A DNA stretch of 15,365 bases from Calditrichia bacterium (GTDB taxonomy: Bacteria; Calditrichota; Calditrichia; RBG-13-44-9). Below the pieces are notes generated by a model. It worked only from the letters and a program-made list of their open reading frames with translations. It ran no database searches and was not told the DNA's origin. Positions 1 through 9,371 of the stretch are shown piece by piece. Each line of letters begins with the position of its first letter. Positions within the stretch are counted from its first letter, which is position 1. Made by a program: the position numbers and the translations under genes. The DNA is taken from NCBI GenBank assembly GCA_037381445.1, contig JARRQT010000198.1, positions 1 to 15,365 on the forward strand, given 5' to 3'.

Positions 1-2
1 CG

Positions 3-185
3 GCAGCCGCGTGGGCTATGACGATCAGTTTTGTGGTAAGGTCGGCCATTGTTGCCGTCAGCTTCGGCAAATTGAGCGGAATCACATTAAAAGAGATATT
101 TGCATTTCGTGTCAACGATTTCAACCTGGTAATTAATGTTCTGAACAGCGTGACCGGAAAGTTGGCCTTGTTTGCCAGAAAATAG
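3..185 (+). CDS. C-terminal fragment of a Wzx-type polysaccharide flippase (5'-truncated by the window)
   Basis: Not in the ORF track. Frame 3 is open from the edge to TAG at 183-185 and reads AAAWAMTISFVVRSAIVAVSFGKLSGITLKEIFAFRVNDFNLVINVLNSVTGKLALFARK*. The AAAWA..IS hydrophobic segment resembles the last helix of Wzx/MOP flippases, and the glycan-locus context fits. Confidence 0.65.
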   Translation, partial: AAAWAMTISFVVRSAIVAVSFGKLSGITLKEIFAFRVNDFNLVINVLNSVTGKLALFARK

Positions 186-206
186 CCGGTGCATGGAGTG
201 ACCTAA

Positions 207-240
207 AAATTTCATCGCTTATAAAATTTGATGGCTTATA
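207..240. repeat. Tandem imperfect 17-bp direct repeat in an AT-rich intergenic region
   Basis: AAATTTCATCGCTTATA (207-223) is immediately followed by AAATTTGATGGCTTATA (224-240), 15/17 identical. Confidence 0.7.
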
Positions 241-291
241 ATTTTCAAAAATTCCAGGAAATCGCTTCAGAATATATTTTGGTTTTCAAAA

Positions 292-1518
292 ATGAATCTT
301 TACCAAAAAATAAAAGTTTCCGGCGCATTTCTTCAGGCGTGGCTTCGCGGCTGGCGGACTCGCCACAAGATTGTCGTCATCGAAAGTGATGATTGGGGAA
401 CGATTCGCACTTCCTCCCGCCGGGCATATGATGATCTGCTGCGAAGAGGATTTCGGATGAATCAGTCTCCCCTGGGAGCAGATTCTCTGGAGAGCTCGCA
501 GGATCTTATTCAATTGTTTGCGGTGCTGGCAGAAGTAGATCAGTTCGGTCATCCTGCTTGTCTGACTGCCAATATGATTCTCACGAATCCGGACTTCTCA
601 AGAATCAGGGAAAATGGCTATGGCAGATATTATGCTGAGCCGGTAACGGATACATTCCAAAGGACACCTGAACGAAGGGAAGTGGCTGCTCTGTGGAAGC
701 AGGGTCTGGATCAGAAGCTATTTGTTCCGCAACTGCATGGTTTGGAACATATTCGCTGGTGGGACTGGCTGGCAGCCTTGCAGGCGGGATCGCAGGAAGC
801 ACATCTGGCCTTCGAATGGCAGATGTGCGGCCTGCCCGGAACTGTTTCCCGCGAAAAGCGGAATTTTTATGGCAAATATTATTTGAAAAATGCCACTGGC
901 GCGCCTTCACTTCCTGAAATCGCAGTTTCAATAAGAGAAAGTATTTCTCTGTTTGAACGAATCTTTGGATTCACTCCCGATACAACAATCGCCCCCGGCT
1001 ACTGCTGGTATGATGAGATAGAAAAAATATGGAAGGACAACGGCATACGCTATATTCAGAGTGATATCCGCCAGTTTATGGGAGATGAAAAAAGAACCGC
1101 GCTTCATTTCCCGGGAGAAGTCGGTGCATCCGGCCCTATTTATCTCATACGGAATTGCCAGTTCGAACCGGCAGCGTGCCGGATTGCCGGAAAAAAGAGT
1201 TGTCTGGAGCGCTGTCTCCGGCAAATTTCACTGGCTTTCTCTTTCCGCAAACCTGCAGTGATTTCTTCCCACCGCTACAATTATATGGGTTCCGTTTTTC
1301 CGGAGAACCGGGAGAAGAATCTCGAACAGCTTCGCAAATTATTGACAGCGATTCAAAGCAGGTGGCCGGATGTTGTTTTTCTGAACTCCTCCGGTCTTGG
1401 CCATCTCATTGAATTCGGGGATGACAAAATAGAACAGGCTATGGCGAAACCGGAGACGAGGGGCTACAGCCCGGAGACAAATCCCCCTTCTAAGAGAAAT
1501 TTTACCTTCAAAAATTGA
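292..1518 (+). CDS. Polysaccharide deacetylase-like protein (CE4/NodB-like fold, ESDDWG type)
   Basis: 408-aa ORF with VVIESDDWG (Asp-Asp, motif-1-like), PQLHGLEH (HxxxH metal motif), TIAPGYCW, RNCQFEP and PAVISSHRYNY. No signal peptide is evident. Confidence 0.7.
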   Translation: MNLYQKIKVSGAFLQAWLRGWRTRHKIVVIESDDWGTIRTSSRRAYDDLLRRGFRMNQSPLGADSLESSQDLIQLFAVLAEVDQFGHPACLTANMILTNPDFSRIRENGYGRYYAEPVTDTFQRTPERREVAALWKQGLDQKLFVPQLHGLEHIRWWDWLAALQAGSQEAHLAFEWQMCGLPGTVSREKRNFYGKYYLKNATGAPSLPEIAVSIRESISLFERIFGFTPDTTIAPGYCWYDEIEKIWKDNGIRYIQSDIRQFMGDEKRTALHFPGEVGASGPIYLIRNCQFEPAACRIAGKKSCLERCLRQISLAFSFRKPAVISSHRYNYMGSVFPENREKNLEQLRKLLTAIQSRWPDVVFLNSSGLGHLIEFGDDKIEQAMAKPETRGYSPETNPPSKRNFTFKN

Positions 1519-1587
1519 TTGCGCCATATATGGAGCATACCCAATTCCCCAAACCAACTCCTGCAAAAAATATGGAAAACCAGTCAT

Positions 1588-2684
1588 ATGACTTTTGACC
1601 TGGGAATATCTCTGAAAAAAATATTTGTCTGGTTTCTGGTCCCTTTTATTACCGGATTGCTGACGGTCAGTTTTCTTCCCGGTCTGTCAAAGGTGATGAT
1701 CCTTGCCGGCTTGGTTTTTGGTTTTATTTTTGCCTTCTATTTCTTTTATTTCGATCTAAAGTTTCAGCCGGAGGTCATATTCTTCTTTTTGTGGATTGTC
1801 TGGTCGCTCACCGGCGTGTTCGGGGTTTACAATATGGAGTATTTCCGCATTTCACTCATGACAATCGTGCAAATGGGGGTATTGATATTCTTAGTAGCGG
1901 GAGTAAGCGCACTAAATAAAAGTTTCGTCCCTGCGGCGTCCGGCATTATCATCGGTGTAACCATTCTACTGGTCCTGAGTTATATTCGAGGGGAATTCGG
2001 TCAGCCGATTGTGACCGATGAACAGGCTGCCAGCATTACGGACAATGCCAATATTTTTGCGCAGCATCTGATTTACCTGGTTTTCGGCATTTTCTTTTTC
2101 TGGAGACGGTTTCAATCTTTCTGGCTGCGGTTTGTGTTCCTGATGCTCTTTCTCGTAGCCGTGGCAGGGATCATCTATTCCGGATCGCGGCAGGGCTTTG
2201 TGGGGCTGATGGCATTTATCCTCCTCTGGTTTATTTTCTGCCAAGGCCGCCTGATATTGCGAAAACCGCTGTACGCCCTTTTTGCACTTATTTTGGTGAG
2301 CGGTGCCATGGTTATGTTGACCGACTATGTGATGGCCCATTCAGGGTATTTTCCGAATCAGGGATGTATTCCCATTCCGATTACATTGAGGTTGCGGCAA
2401 ATACAGGGCTGATCGGCTTCATGCTCTATTTTTCGTTCTATCTCATACTGTGGCGCCGGCTTCTGCGCCTTCGCAGCAAGACAACCGATTTGAAATTAAT
2501 TTATGAAATTGGTTTTTTCAGGGCAGCCATTCTCACCATTTTATTGCTGGGATTCACAAAGCCTAATATAACCTCCAAAATAACCTGGATATTTTTGGCC
2601 GGAGCAGCCGGTTATACCTGGATAATGGAACGCACCAGCGAGTCTGTGCCCGGTCTTCAAAACGTTGAAAAGGCAATGGACTGA
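1588..2684 (+). pseudogene. Wzy polymerase / O-antigen ligase family membrane protein, split by an apparent deletion plus frameshift near 2340 (may be an assembly artefact)
   Basis: The multi-TM N-part (ATG 1588, frame of ORF 1519..2412) has NAN.FA and YSGSRQG motifs and runs to ...DYVMAH. The C-part in another frame from about 2340 reads FRVFSESGMYSHSDYIEVAANTGLIG (Wzy_C His motif) to TGA 2684. The usual intervening R..W..P..GxG loop is absent. Confidence 0.8.
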
Positions 2685-2714
2685 CTTTTTGAGGAATGAA
2701 AAAAGGGGTAACGA

Positions 2715-3647
2715 GTGATATCAAAGGCATATTCAAGTCTTCGGAAATTCTTCCGGGAAATGGTTTCAATTACCATACGCTACAGCGGACTGCCTGTTTT
2801 AATTCGCCGTTTCGTTTCCCGAAAAAAGGTTACAATTCTGGCATATCACAATCCAATGCCCCATGTGATGGAAAAACATCTGAATTACCTTTCTCGCAGG
2901 TACAATTTCATTACTCTGAATCATTTTGTGCACTGGCTGCATCAGCCGGGAAAGAATCATCTCCCGGACCATGCTCTAATCATAACACTGGATGACGGTC
3001 TGAAATCTGATTTTCATCTGCTGGATACATTCAGAAAATATAACATAAATCCTACAATTTTTGTCTGCAGCCAGGTGGCTGGAACATTGCGCCATTACTG
3101 GTTTCATGAACCGGGAGCAGACCTCAGGCTATTAAAGGGATTGGGGAATCAGGAGAGGATCCGGTTCATGCTAAAGGAGATGGGATTCAACCATACCAAC
3201 GACTTTCCTCCTGAGGAAAGACAGGTATTGAGCCGGGAAGAAATTTTGCAGATGAGCGCAGTCATGGATTTCCAGTCACACTCGCGCTTTCATCCGCTGC
3301 TGCCGGCCTGCGCGGATGAAGAAAGCAGGGAAGAAATTGAATTATCAAAGAGAGAAATAGAATCGCTCACCGGAAATCCCTGTGTGCATTTTGCTTACCC
3401 CAATGGAGACTATACCGGTCGGGAAATTCATTATCTGAAACAGGCCGGATATCGCTCCGCCCGCACGCTGGATGTGGGCTGGAACGACCGCCGCACCGAT
3501 CCCTACCGGCTGCGGGTCACCGGTATAACGGATGATGCTTCAGTGAATATGCTGGCTGCCCAGCTAACCGGCGTGACCATGTTTTTTCGCTATTTCCGGA
3601 AGGGCAGTTTTAATGGCCGCCAACCGGAATTTAAATTTCACAATTGA
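2715..3647 (+). CDS. Polysaccharide deacetylase, carbohydrate esterase family 4 (IcaB/PgaB-like architecture)
   Basis: 310 aa, GTG start after a GGGG purine tract. Motifs ILAYH, ITLDDG, QSHSRFH and FAYPNG. Confidence 0.9.
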   Translation: MISKAYSSLRKFFREMVSITIRYSGLPVLIRRFVSRKKVTILAYHNPMPHVMEKHLNYLSRRYNFITLNHFVHWLHQPGKNHLPDHALIITLDDGLKSDFHLLDTFRKYNINPTIFVCSQVAGTLRHYWFHEPGADLRLLKGLGNQERIRFMLKEMGFNHTNDFPPEERQVLSREEILQMSAVMDFQSHSRFHPLLPACADEESREEIELSKREIESLTGNPCVHFAYPNGDYTGREIHYLKQAGYRSARTLDVGWNDRRTDPYRLRVTGITDDASVNMLAAQLTGVTMFFRYFRKGSFNGRQPEFKFHN

Positions 3648-3691
3648 TTGGAATCTTTCTACCAAATTAAATAAGTCAATAATCCGATAAA

Positions 3692-4748
3692 ATGGAAAAT
3701 CGCTCAAAAATAAAGGCCTGCTTTATCATTGGCCAGCTGGTAAAGCATGGAGCGGAAAGACAGCTCTACGAGCTCCTCTGTGGTCTGGATAAGAGACAAT
3801 TTACAGCGGTGGCCATTTCTCTCAGCAAGGGCGGATACTGGGCTGGTGAAATCAGAAAACTGGGAGTGCCGCTTTACGCTCACCGGCGCAAGGCTCATCA
3901 TTGCTTCGGAAAGAAGTACTGTGGATGCGGGAATTTCCAAGCGAAGATGGGAGATTCTGCTTGACAAAATTTTATATTTCTTTACGACTGGCATCATCTG
4001 CAACTCCCGTTACTCCTCAAAAGCGCTTGTGGAAAACCTGAGATTCAAGAGAGAAAAAGTCTTCACCGTTTATAATGGCCTCAATTTTCTGGAATACCAG
4101 AATAAGTTCTCAGACGGTGCATCCTTTCGCCGGGACAAAATAAGAATAGGCACTGTGGGACGTATCTACGCCGTGAAGAATCATAAATTATTTCTGGATG
4201 CGGCCAGATTTATTTTGCAGAAAAGAAAGCGGGAAGATTATGAATTTCATATTGTTGGCGATGGACCAATGAATCAGGAAGTGCAGGAATATGCCAGAAA
4301 ATTGAATATTCAGGATTCGGTGGTTTTTCATGGCGAGAAAAACAATGTCCCTGAAATTCTGCAGACCTTTGATGTATTTGTGATAACATCCGATTACGAA
4401 GGACTATCCAATGCCATTATGGAGGCCATGCTGACAGGATTGCCGGTGGTAGCCACCGCCGTGGGCGGCAACAGCGAATTGGTGCGGGAAGGACAAACCG
4501 GCTTTCTCTGTCCCGCGGGCGATGCCGAGGCTATTGCAGGAAAAATAACTGAGCTTATTGATCGGCCTGATTTGGCGCGGCAATTTGGAGAGCGGGGCCG
4601 GAAGAAAATCCTGCGGGAGTTCAGCACCCCAAAGATGGTCCGTAATACGGAAGAAATTTTCTGCCGGCTCATAAGAAAGACATACAACAGTTCATTGAAT
4701 CTCTGTTCAGCCAACAAATCATTTCCAACAGAAAAAACGAAATTATGA
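3692..4748 (+). pseudogene. GT4 (GT-B) glycosyltransferase, split by an apparent deletion plus frameshift near 3877 (may be an assembly artefact)
   Basis: The N-part from ATG 3692 reads IIGQLVKHGAERQLYELLCGLDK...EIRKLGVPLY. The C-part, in the frame of ORF 3747..4748, reads TLTGARLIIASERS...ICNS...VYNG...GTVGR...KNH...VGDGP...EGLSNAIMEAM (EX7E). The expected 'PDIVHT' segment is in neither frame. Confidence 0.85.
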
Positions 4749-5842
4749 AAATCTGTTACATTTGTCCGAGCCGGACACCGCATATCAGGGCTTATATAGA
4801 CTATTTCGCCTCCCGCGGACATGAAATTCATATCATTTCCCTGACAAAGGATTTTGTGCCCGATGCGGAACTGCACTATGTGGGTGCCGGCAACGAATTG
4901 AAGCCCATAAATTATTTCTTCGGGATTCCGCGGGTCGCCAGAGTGCTGCGCAGAGTCCAGCCGGACATTTGTCATGCCCACTGGATTACCAGCAATGGAA
5001 TGATGGCAGCGATGGCCGGCGCCAGCCCGTTGATCGTAACCGAACATGGTTCCGCCATGCAGAGATTGAAAAACGTTCTGAGAAAATCGATTGTAAATTA
5101 TGTGGCGGGAAAAGCAGACCTGATCAATCCCGTTTCGCCGGCTCTGGCCGAGTTGATGAGCGCAGCAGGTATCGATAAAGGAAAGATGTTTGTGGCATCT
5201 GTTGGGGTCATCACAGACAAATTCATTACGGGCCCCAGAGATTTCTCCGCCAGACCGCTGCGTCTGATCAACACCCGCGCCTTCCGTTCGCTGGATAATC
5301 TGGATATTCTGGTACATGCGCTAAAAATACTTAATGATAAAGGACTGGAATTTCACTGCACCTTTGCCGGACCCAGAGGTCCCGAATATGAAAATGTGAA
5401 AATACTGGTTCAAAGGCTCGGCCTGAGCGATTACTGCTCTTTTCCCGAAGGATACCGGCAAAAAGAGCTGCCTGCAATTCTGAAAAACCAACATCTTTAC
5501 CTTACCTGCACTTCATTTGACGGCACCAGCATATCGCTTCTGGAAGCCATGGCTGCCGGCCTGCCGGTGATCGCCTCCGATATCCCGGCCAACCGCAACT
5601 GGATTCGAAATGACCTGAGCGGTCTGCTTGTGCAGGTGCGCGATGCACAGGCTCTGGCCGGCGCAATTGAAAGGCTTTACCATCATCCAGATTTGTGTGT
5701 GCAGTTTTCCGGAGAAGCATTCAAAACTGTTCGAATTTTCGGAGAGCGCGACAATATCTTTGCAAAGCTGGAGGAGTGGTATTTTACCCTCGCCGGTATG
5801 CATATCAAAAGACCGGAAAATCTTCCCATTGAAATTGACTGA
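4745..5842 (+). CDS. GT4 (GT-B) glycosyltransferase
   Basis: 365 aa with MKICYI, RGHEIHII, QPDICHAH, TEHGS and DGTSISLLEAMAAGLPVIASD. ATGA overlap with the upstream stop. Confidence 0.93.
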   Translation: MKICYICPSRTPHIRAYIDYFASRGHEIHIISLTKDFVPDAELHYVGAGNELKPINYFFGIPRVARVLRRVQPDICHAHWITSNGMMAAMAGASPLIVTEHGSAMQRLKNVLRKSIVNYVAGKADLINPVSPALAELMSAAGIDKGKMFVASVGVITDKFITGPRDFSARPLRLINTRAFRSLDNLDILVHALKILNDKGLEFHCTFAGPRGPEYENVKILVQRLGLSDYCSFPEGYRQKELPAILKNQHLYLTCTSFDGTSISLLEAMAAGLPVIASDIPANRNWIRNDLSGLLVQVRDAQALAGAIERLYHHPDLCVQFSGEAFKTVRIFGERDNIFAKLEEWYFTLAGMHIKRPENLPIEID

Positions 5843-5927
5843 ATTTGGTCGCATATAAAACCGGCGCGAATCGTTTTTCTTATCGGAATTTAATAACTTA
5901 TGAAAAATGAATTGAATTAAATTAATC

Positions 5928-8036
5928 ATGAATCGCATACAAAATATGTGGGAAGAAATCCGTCTGCTCGGTTTCAGAAAATTTCTCTACCGGTCATGGT
6001 ATGAGATCCGGAACCGGTCGGGAATTACCCGCCGCCTGCAGCCGGCTCTCCCCATTGATTCACAATTGATTGAAAAGCTTTTGCGGACACGGATCAATTA
6101 TTCTAGCGTCAGCAATCAGGACTTACCATTTTCTATTGGACCGGCGCAGCTCCACGGCATGGAGGAATATATTGGTTTGACTGCAGCGAACCGGAACAAA
6201 ATCCTGCAGCGCGCCAATGATGCCATGAATGGAAAAATCTGCGTGTTTTCGGGTCGGGTATTGGATTACAAAAATCCAATTGACTGGCATTATAACCCCC
6301 TGAAAAATGCGAGCTGGCCGGCAGGAATATATTCTCTTGAACCGGCTAATCCAAAAGTTGCCGCCGCCTGCGGAGATGTTAAAATTCCCTGGGAGGTGAA
6401 CCGCTTTCCGCATTTCTATGCCTGGATGAGGGCCTTTCTGCTGACCGGGAATTCTGCATATGTGAGAACCGCACAGGAACAAATTATCCAATGGGCGCAG
6501 GCCAATCCCTTCCGGACGGGTATTAATTGGAGCAGCGGTCAGGAAATTGCCATCCGCGTATTGTCCTGGCACTGCCTGTTTTCTCTCCTCCGGGCAGATG
6601 ATGTTCTGAAAATGGCAGAGTTCAGGGAATTACAGACGCTAATGTATTTGTCAGGCGAGCACATTTATAAAAACATCAATTTTGCCCGGCTGGCTGTCCA
6701 CAATAATCATCTGATCGGGGAAGCGCTGGCGCTATACCTGCTCGGCAGCTACTACCCGCATTTTAGAGACGCCGAAAAGTGGAGAAAAACGGGACGCGCC
6801 CTGCTGGAGGGTGAGTGCCTCGCACAGTTTTACGCTGACGGCGGTTATTGCCAGTCTTCTCACAATTATCATCGTCTGGCATTGCATTACTACCTCTGGG
6901 CCTGCAGGATAGGGGAGTGTCTGAATGAAAGGTTCTCCCCGGAGGTCTATGAAACGCTGGACCGCTCCGCCGAATATCTGGCTTCCTTTATGAATGAGGA
7001 CGGAAAATTGCCCAATTGGGGCGCCAACGACGGCGCATTGCTCAATCCCTGGACTTCCTGTGACTATGGTGATTTCCGCCCGTTACTGACTGCAATACGT
7101 TATCTGGTTAACCGAAAAAAGGGTTTTCCGGCAGGACCCTGGGACGAGGAATTATTCTGGTTTTTCGGGCCGGAAGCGATGAAAGCAGACGTGGCTCCTT
7201 ATTCGAAAGCCTCAAAAAGCTTTCCGGTGAGCGGCCTGCATGTGAATCGGGAAGATGAAAAGAACTTCACGGCATTTCGCTGCGGCTCTGTGATCGACCG
7301 CTTCGGACAGGCGGATCAGCTCCATGTGGACGTCTTCTGGCGCGGGCTTAATGTCCTGATTGACGGCGGTTCCTATCTCTATAATGATGACCCGCAATAT
7401 TATCGGCATTTCATGAGCACGAAATCTCACAACACGGTCGCGGTAGATAATCAGGACCAGATGCTTCTATTCCGAAAGTTTAAGTGGTTATACTGGACCC
7501 GGGCAAAGTTATTGGATTTTCAGCCCGGCAGTAGAATGGAAGGAGAACACTACGGATACCGCCGATTGAAGGGAGAAATGACCCATCGTCGCGTACTTGA
7601 ATTTCCGGAAGCCGGTACGCTTCTGGTGACTGATACGCTGGAGCAGCAGGCAGCGCTCTCTCATCATTATTTATCGCACTGGCTCATAAATGACTTTCCA
7701 TGCACGGTACTGATGCGGGGTCCTGAAATCATCGCCTTGCGTTTCGAAACACCGGTGGGATTCTATTACCTGGCGGTGAAAGCATCACAAAAAGCGTCGT
7801 TTCAGGCGCTCCGCGCAGTTCATGATGAAAAAAATCCGGCGGGCTGGCAGTCCCGCTATTATTCGCTGAAAACACCTGCCATCAGCGTGACGGCAGATCT
7901 CACGGCTGAAACGAAAGCGGTCAACTTCATATCTTTGTTTTCCGGCACAAAAGCGGTGTTTGAAAAACATCTTGCCTCCAGGCTGCTCCCAAAGAAAAGT
8001 ATTGAATATCTGAAGCCCTCCGAAGCAATTCTGTAA
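5928..8036 (+). CDS. Heparinase II/III-like protein (polysaccharide-locus-associated lyase fold)
   Basis: 702 aa with DVKIPWEVNRF, NPFRTGINW..GQEIAIR, HNNHLIGE, DGGYCQSSHNYH, GANDG, QADQLH, DGGSYLY and KSHNTV. Confidence 0.9.
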   Translation: MNRIQNMWEEIRLLGFRKFLYRSWYEIRNRSGITRRLQPALPIDSQLIEKLLRTRINYSSVSNQDLPFSIGPAQLHGMEEYIGLTAANRNKILQRANDAMNGKICVFSGRVLDYKNPIDWHYNPLKNASWPAGIYSLEPANPKVAAACGDVKIPWEVNRFPHFYAWMRAFLLTGNSAYVRTAQEQIIQWAQANPFRTGINWSSGQEIAIRVLSWHCLFSLLRADDVLKMAEFRELQTLMYLSGEHIYKNINFARLAVHNNHLIGEALALYLLGSYYPHFRDAEKWRKTGRALLEGECLAQFYADGGYCQSSHNYHRLALHYYLWACRIGECLNERFSPEVYETLDRSAEYLASFMNEDGKLPNWGANDGALLNPWTSCDYGDFRPLLTAIRYLVNRKKGFPAGPWDEELFWFFGPEAMKADVAPYSKASKSFPVSGLHVNREDEKNFTAFRCGSVIDRFGQADQLHVDVFWRGLNVLIDGGSYLYNDDPQYYRHFMSTKSHNTVAVDNQDQMLLFRKFKWLYWTRAKLLDFQPGSRMEGEHYGYRRLKGEMTHRRVLEFPEAGTLLVTDTLEQQAALSHHYLSHWLINDFPCTVLMRGPEIIALRFETPVGFYYLAVKASQKASFQALRAVHDEKNPAGWQSRYYSLKTPAISVTADLTAETKAVNFISLFSGTKAVFEKHLASRLLPKKSIEYLKPSEAIL

Positions 8037-8049
8037 TCGAAGGAATACT

Positions 8050-9282
8050 ATGCATATTGCCTATATCAGCCAGCATTTTGTGGCACCCGACGGGGTCGGC
8101 GGACTGCGTCCCTATATGTGGAGCCGCAAACTGGTGGAAGCTGGTCACCGGGTGACTCTCATTTGCGGGATCTATGAGTCGAACCAGGCGGAAGAACAGC
8201 CGGCGGCATACGTCACCACCAAGACACTTGACGGAATAACCCTGAAAATACTCAATGAACCTTACTCCAACAAACAGAGCCTGATGCAGCGGGCCCAGGT
8301 TTTCAGGAAGTTTGCCCGCGCCGCTTTCAGAGAAATACTGAAGATTAAACCGGATCTGATATTCGCCTCTTCTACGCCGCTCACCGTGGGTCTGCCGGCC
8401 CGCAAAGCGGCAAAAAAGCTGAAAGTGCCCTTTGTATTCGAGGTGCGTGATCTCTGGCCGCAGCTCATTTTCGCTTTGGGTGCAATGAAAAATCCGCTGG
8501 CGAGATGGTACCTCACCCATATGGAAAGATCGATCTACCGTGCTGCTTCGCATATCATTGCCCTTTCGCCTGGTATCAAAACCGGCATCTGCAAAACCGG
8601 ATTCCCGGAAAACAATGTCTCCATCATACCCAACTGCAGTGATGTGGATATTTTCTCACCGCGGAACGGGAAAGCCGAACATGAAAATGACGGGAGCAAA
8701 GTCCGCTTCGTGTTTGCCGGCGCCCACGGCATTGCCAACGGACTGGATGCAGTGATCGATGCGGCGGCAGAGCTTAAGAAGCGGGGATATGATAAAGCGC
8801 AATTCCTGCTGGTGGGAGACGGATCGCAGAAGAAAAGACTGGTCGATCGTTCGCTGAGAGAAAACCTGGACGGATATATTTTGTGGATGCCGCCGATGAA
8901 AAAGAACGAACTCGCCGCTCTGATGCGCGAAGCGGATGCAGGATTAATGATACTTGCCAATATCCCTGAATTCTATGACGGGACTTCCCCCAATAAATTT
9001 TTTGACTATCTGGCAAGCGGTCTGCTGGTGCTGAATAATTATCCAGGCTGGCTCGCTAGGATTATCGGGGAAAAGGAATGCGGCCTGGTTGCCGAACCGG
9101 AAAATCCCGTGGATTTCGCAGACAAGGTCATCACACTGTGCGAGTCCCGGGAAATGCGTGAAAAAATGGGCAAAAATTCGCGGGAGCTGGCCGAAAGCAT
9201 GTTTTCCCGCGATGCCCTTGGGGACGATTTTGTCCGGATTCTGGAATCTGTGCATACCGATCATCTGAAATTACGGAGATAA
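8050..9282 (+). CDS. GT4 glycosyltransferase, WbuB-like subfamily
   Basis: 410 aa with ISQHFVAP, KPDLIFASSTPL, PFVFEVRDLWP, FAGAHGIANGL and TSPNKFFDYLASG. AAGGA RBS upstream. Confidence 0.93.
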   Translation: MHIAYISQHFVAPDGVGGLRPYMWSRKLVEAGHRVTLICGIYESNQAEEQPAAYVTTKTLDGITLKILNEPYSNKQSLMQRAQVFRKFARAAFREILKIKPDLIFASSTPLTVGLPARKAAKKLKVPFVFEVRDLWPQLIFALGAMKNPLARWYLTHMERSIYRAASHIIALSPGIKTGICKTGFPENNVSIIPNCSDVDIFSPRNGKAEHENDGSKVRFVFAGAHGIANGLDAVIDAAAELKKRGYDKAQFLLVGDGSQKKRLVDRSLRENLDGYILWMPPMKKNELAALMREADAGLMILANIPEFYDGTSPNKFFDYLASGLLVLNNYPGWLARIIGEKECGLVAEPENPVDFADKVITLCESREMREKMGKNSRELAESMFSRDALGDDFVRILESVHTDHLKLRR

Positions 9283-9293
9283 AAAAATGATAC

Positions 9294-9342
9294 AAAAAAA
9301 GAGGGAGAAACTATGCCATGAACAGGCAGCAAAGTTCTCCCT
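9294..9342 (-). terminator. Intrinsic terminator hairpin for the minus-strand gene, between convergent genes
   Basis: AGGGAGAA (9302-9309) pairs with TTCTCCCT (9335-9342), with an inner TGCC/GGCA stem. A7 at 9294-9300 gives a U7 tail on the minus strand about 30 nt after the stop at 9372. Confidence 0.75.
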
Positions 9343-9371
9343 TCTGATTAAAACTGAAATTCGAACAAGCG

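Noticed and set aside
1519..1587. Track start (TTG 1519) for the Wzy-like ORF
   Set aside because: ATG 1588 directly precedes the first hydrophobic helix and is more plausible. The extension looks non-coding, though the start is not proven.
4394..5317. 307-aa antisense ORF across two GT4 genes
   Set aside because: It overlaps two well-supported sense genes and has no protein-family features.
5843..5927. AT-rich spacer with short AATTGAATT-like repeats before the heparinase-like gene
   Set aside because: Low-complexity AT sequence with no clear hairpin, promoter consensus or repeat unit I can support.
9301..9347. GGGAG followed by ATG, suggesting a + strand micro-ORF (MP* or MNRQQSSPF*)
   Set aside because: The SD-like sequence is one arm of the terminator hairpin and is fully explained by it.
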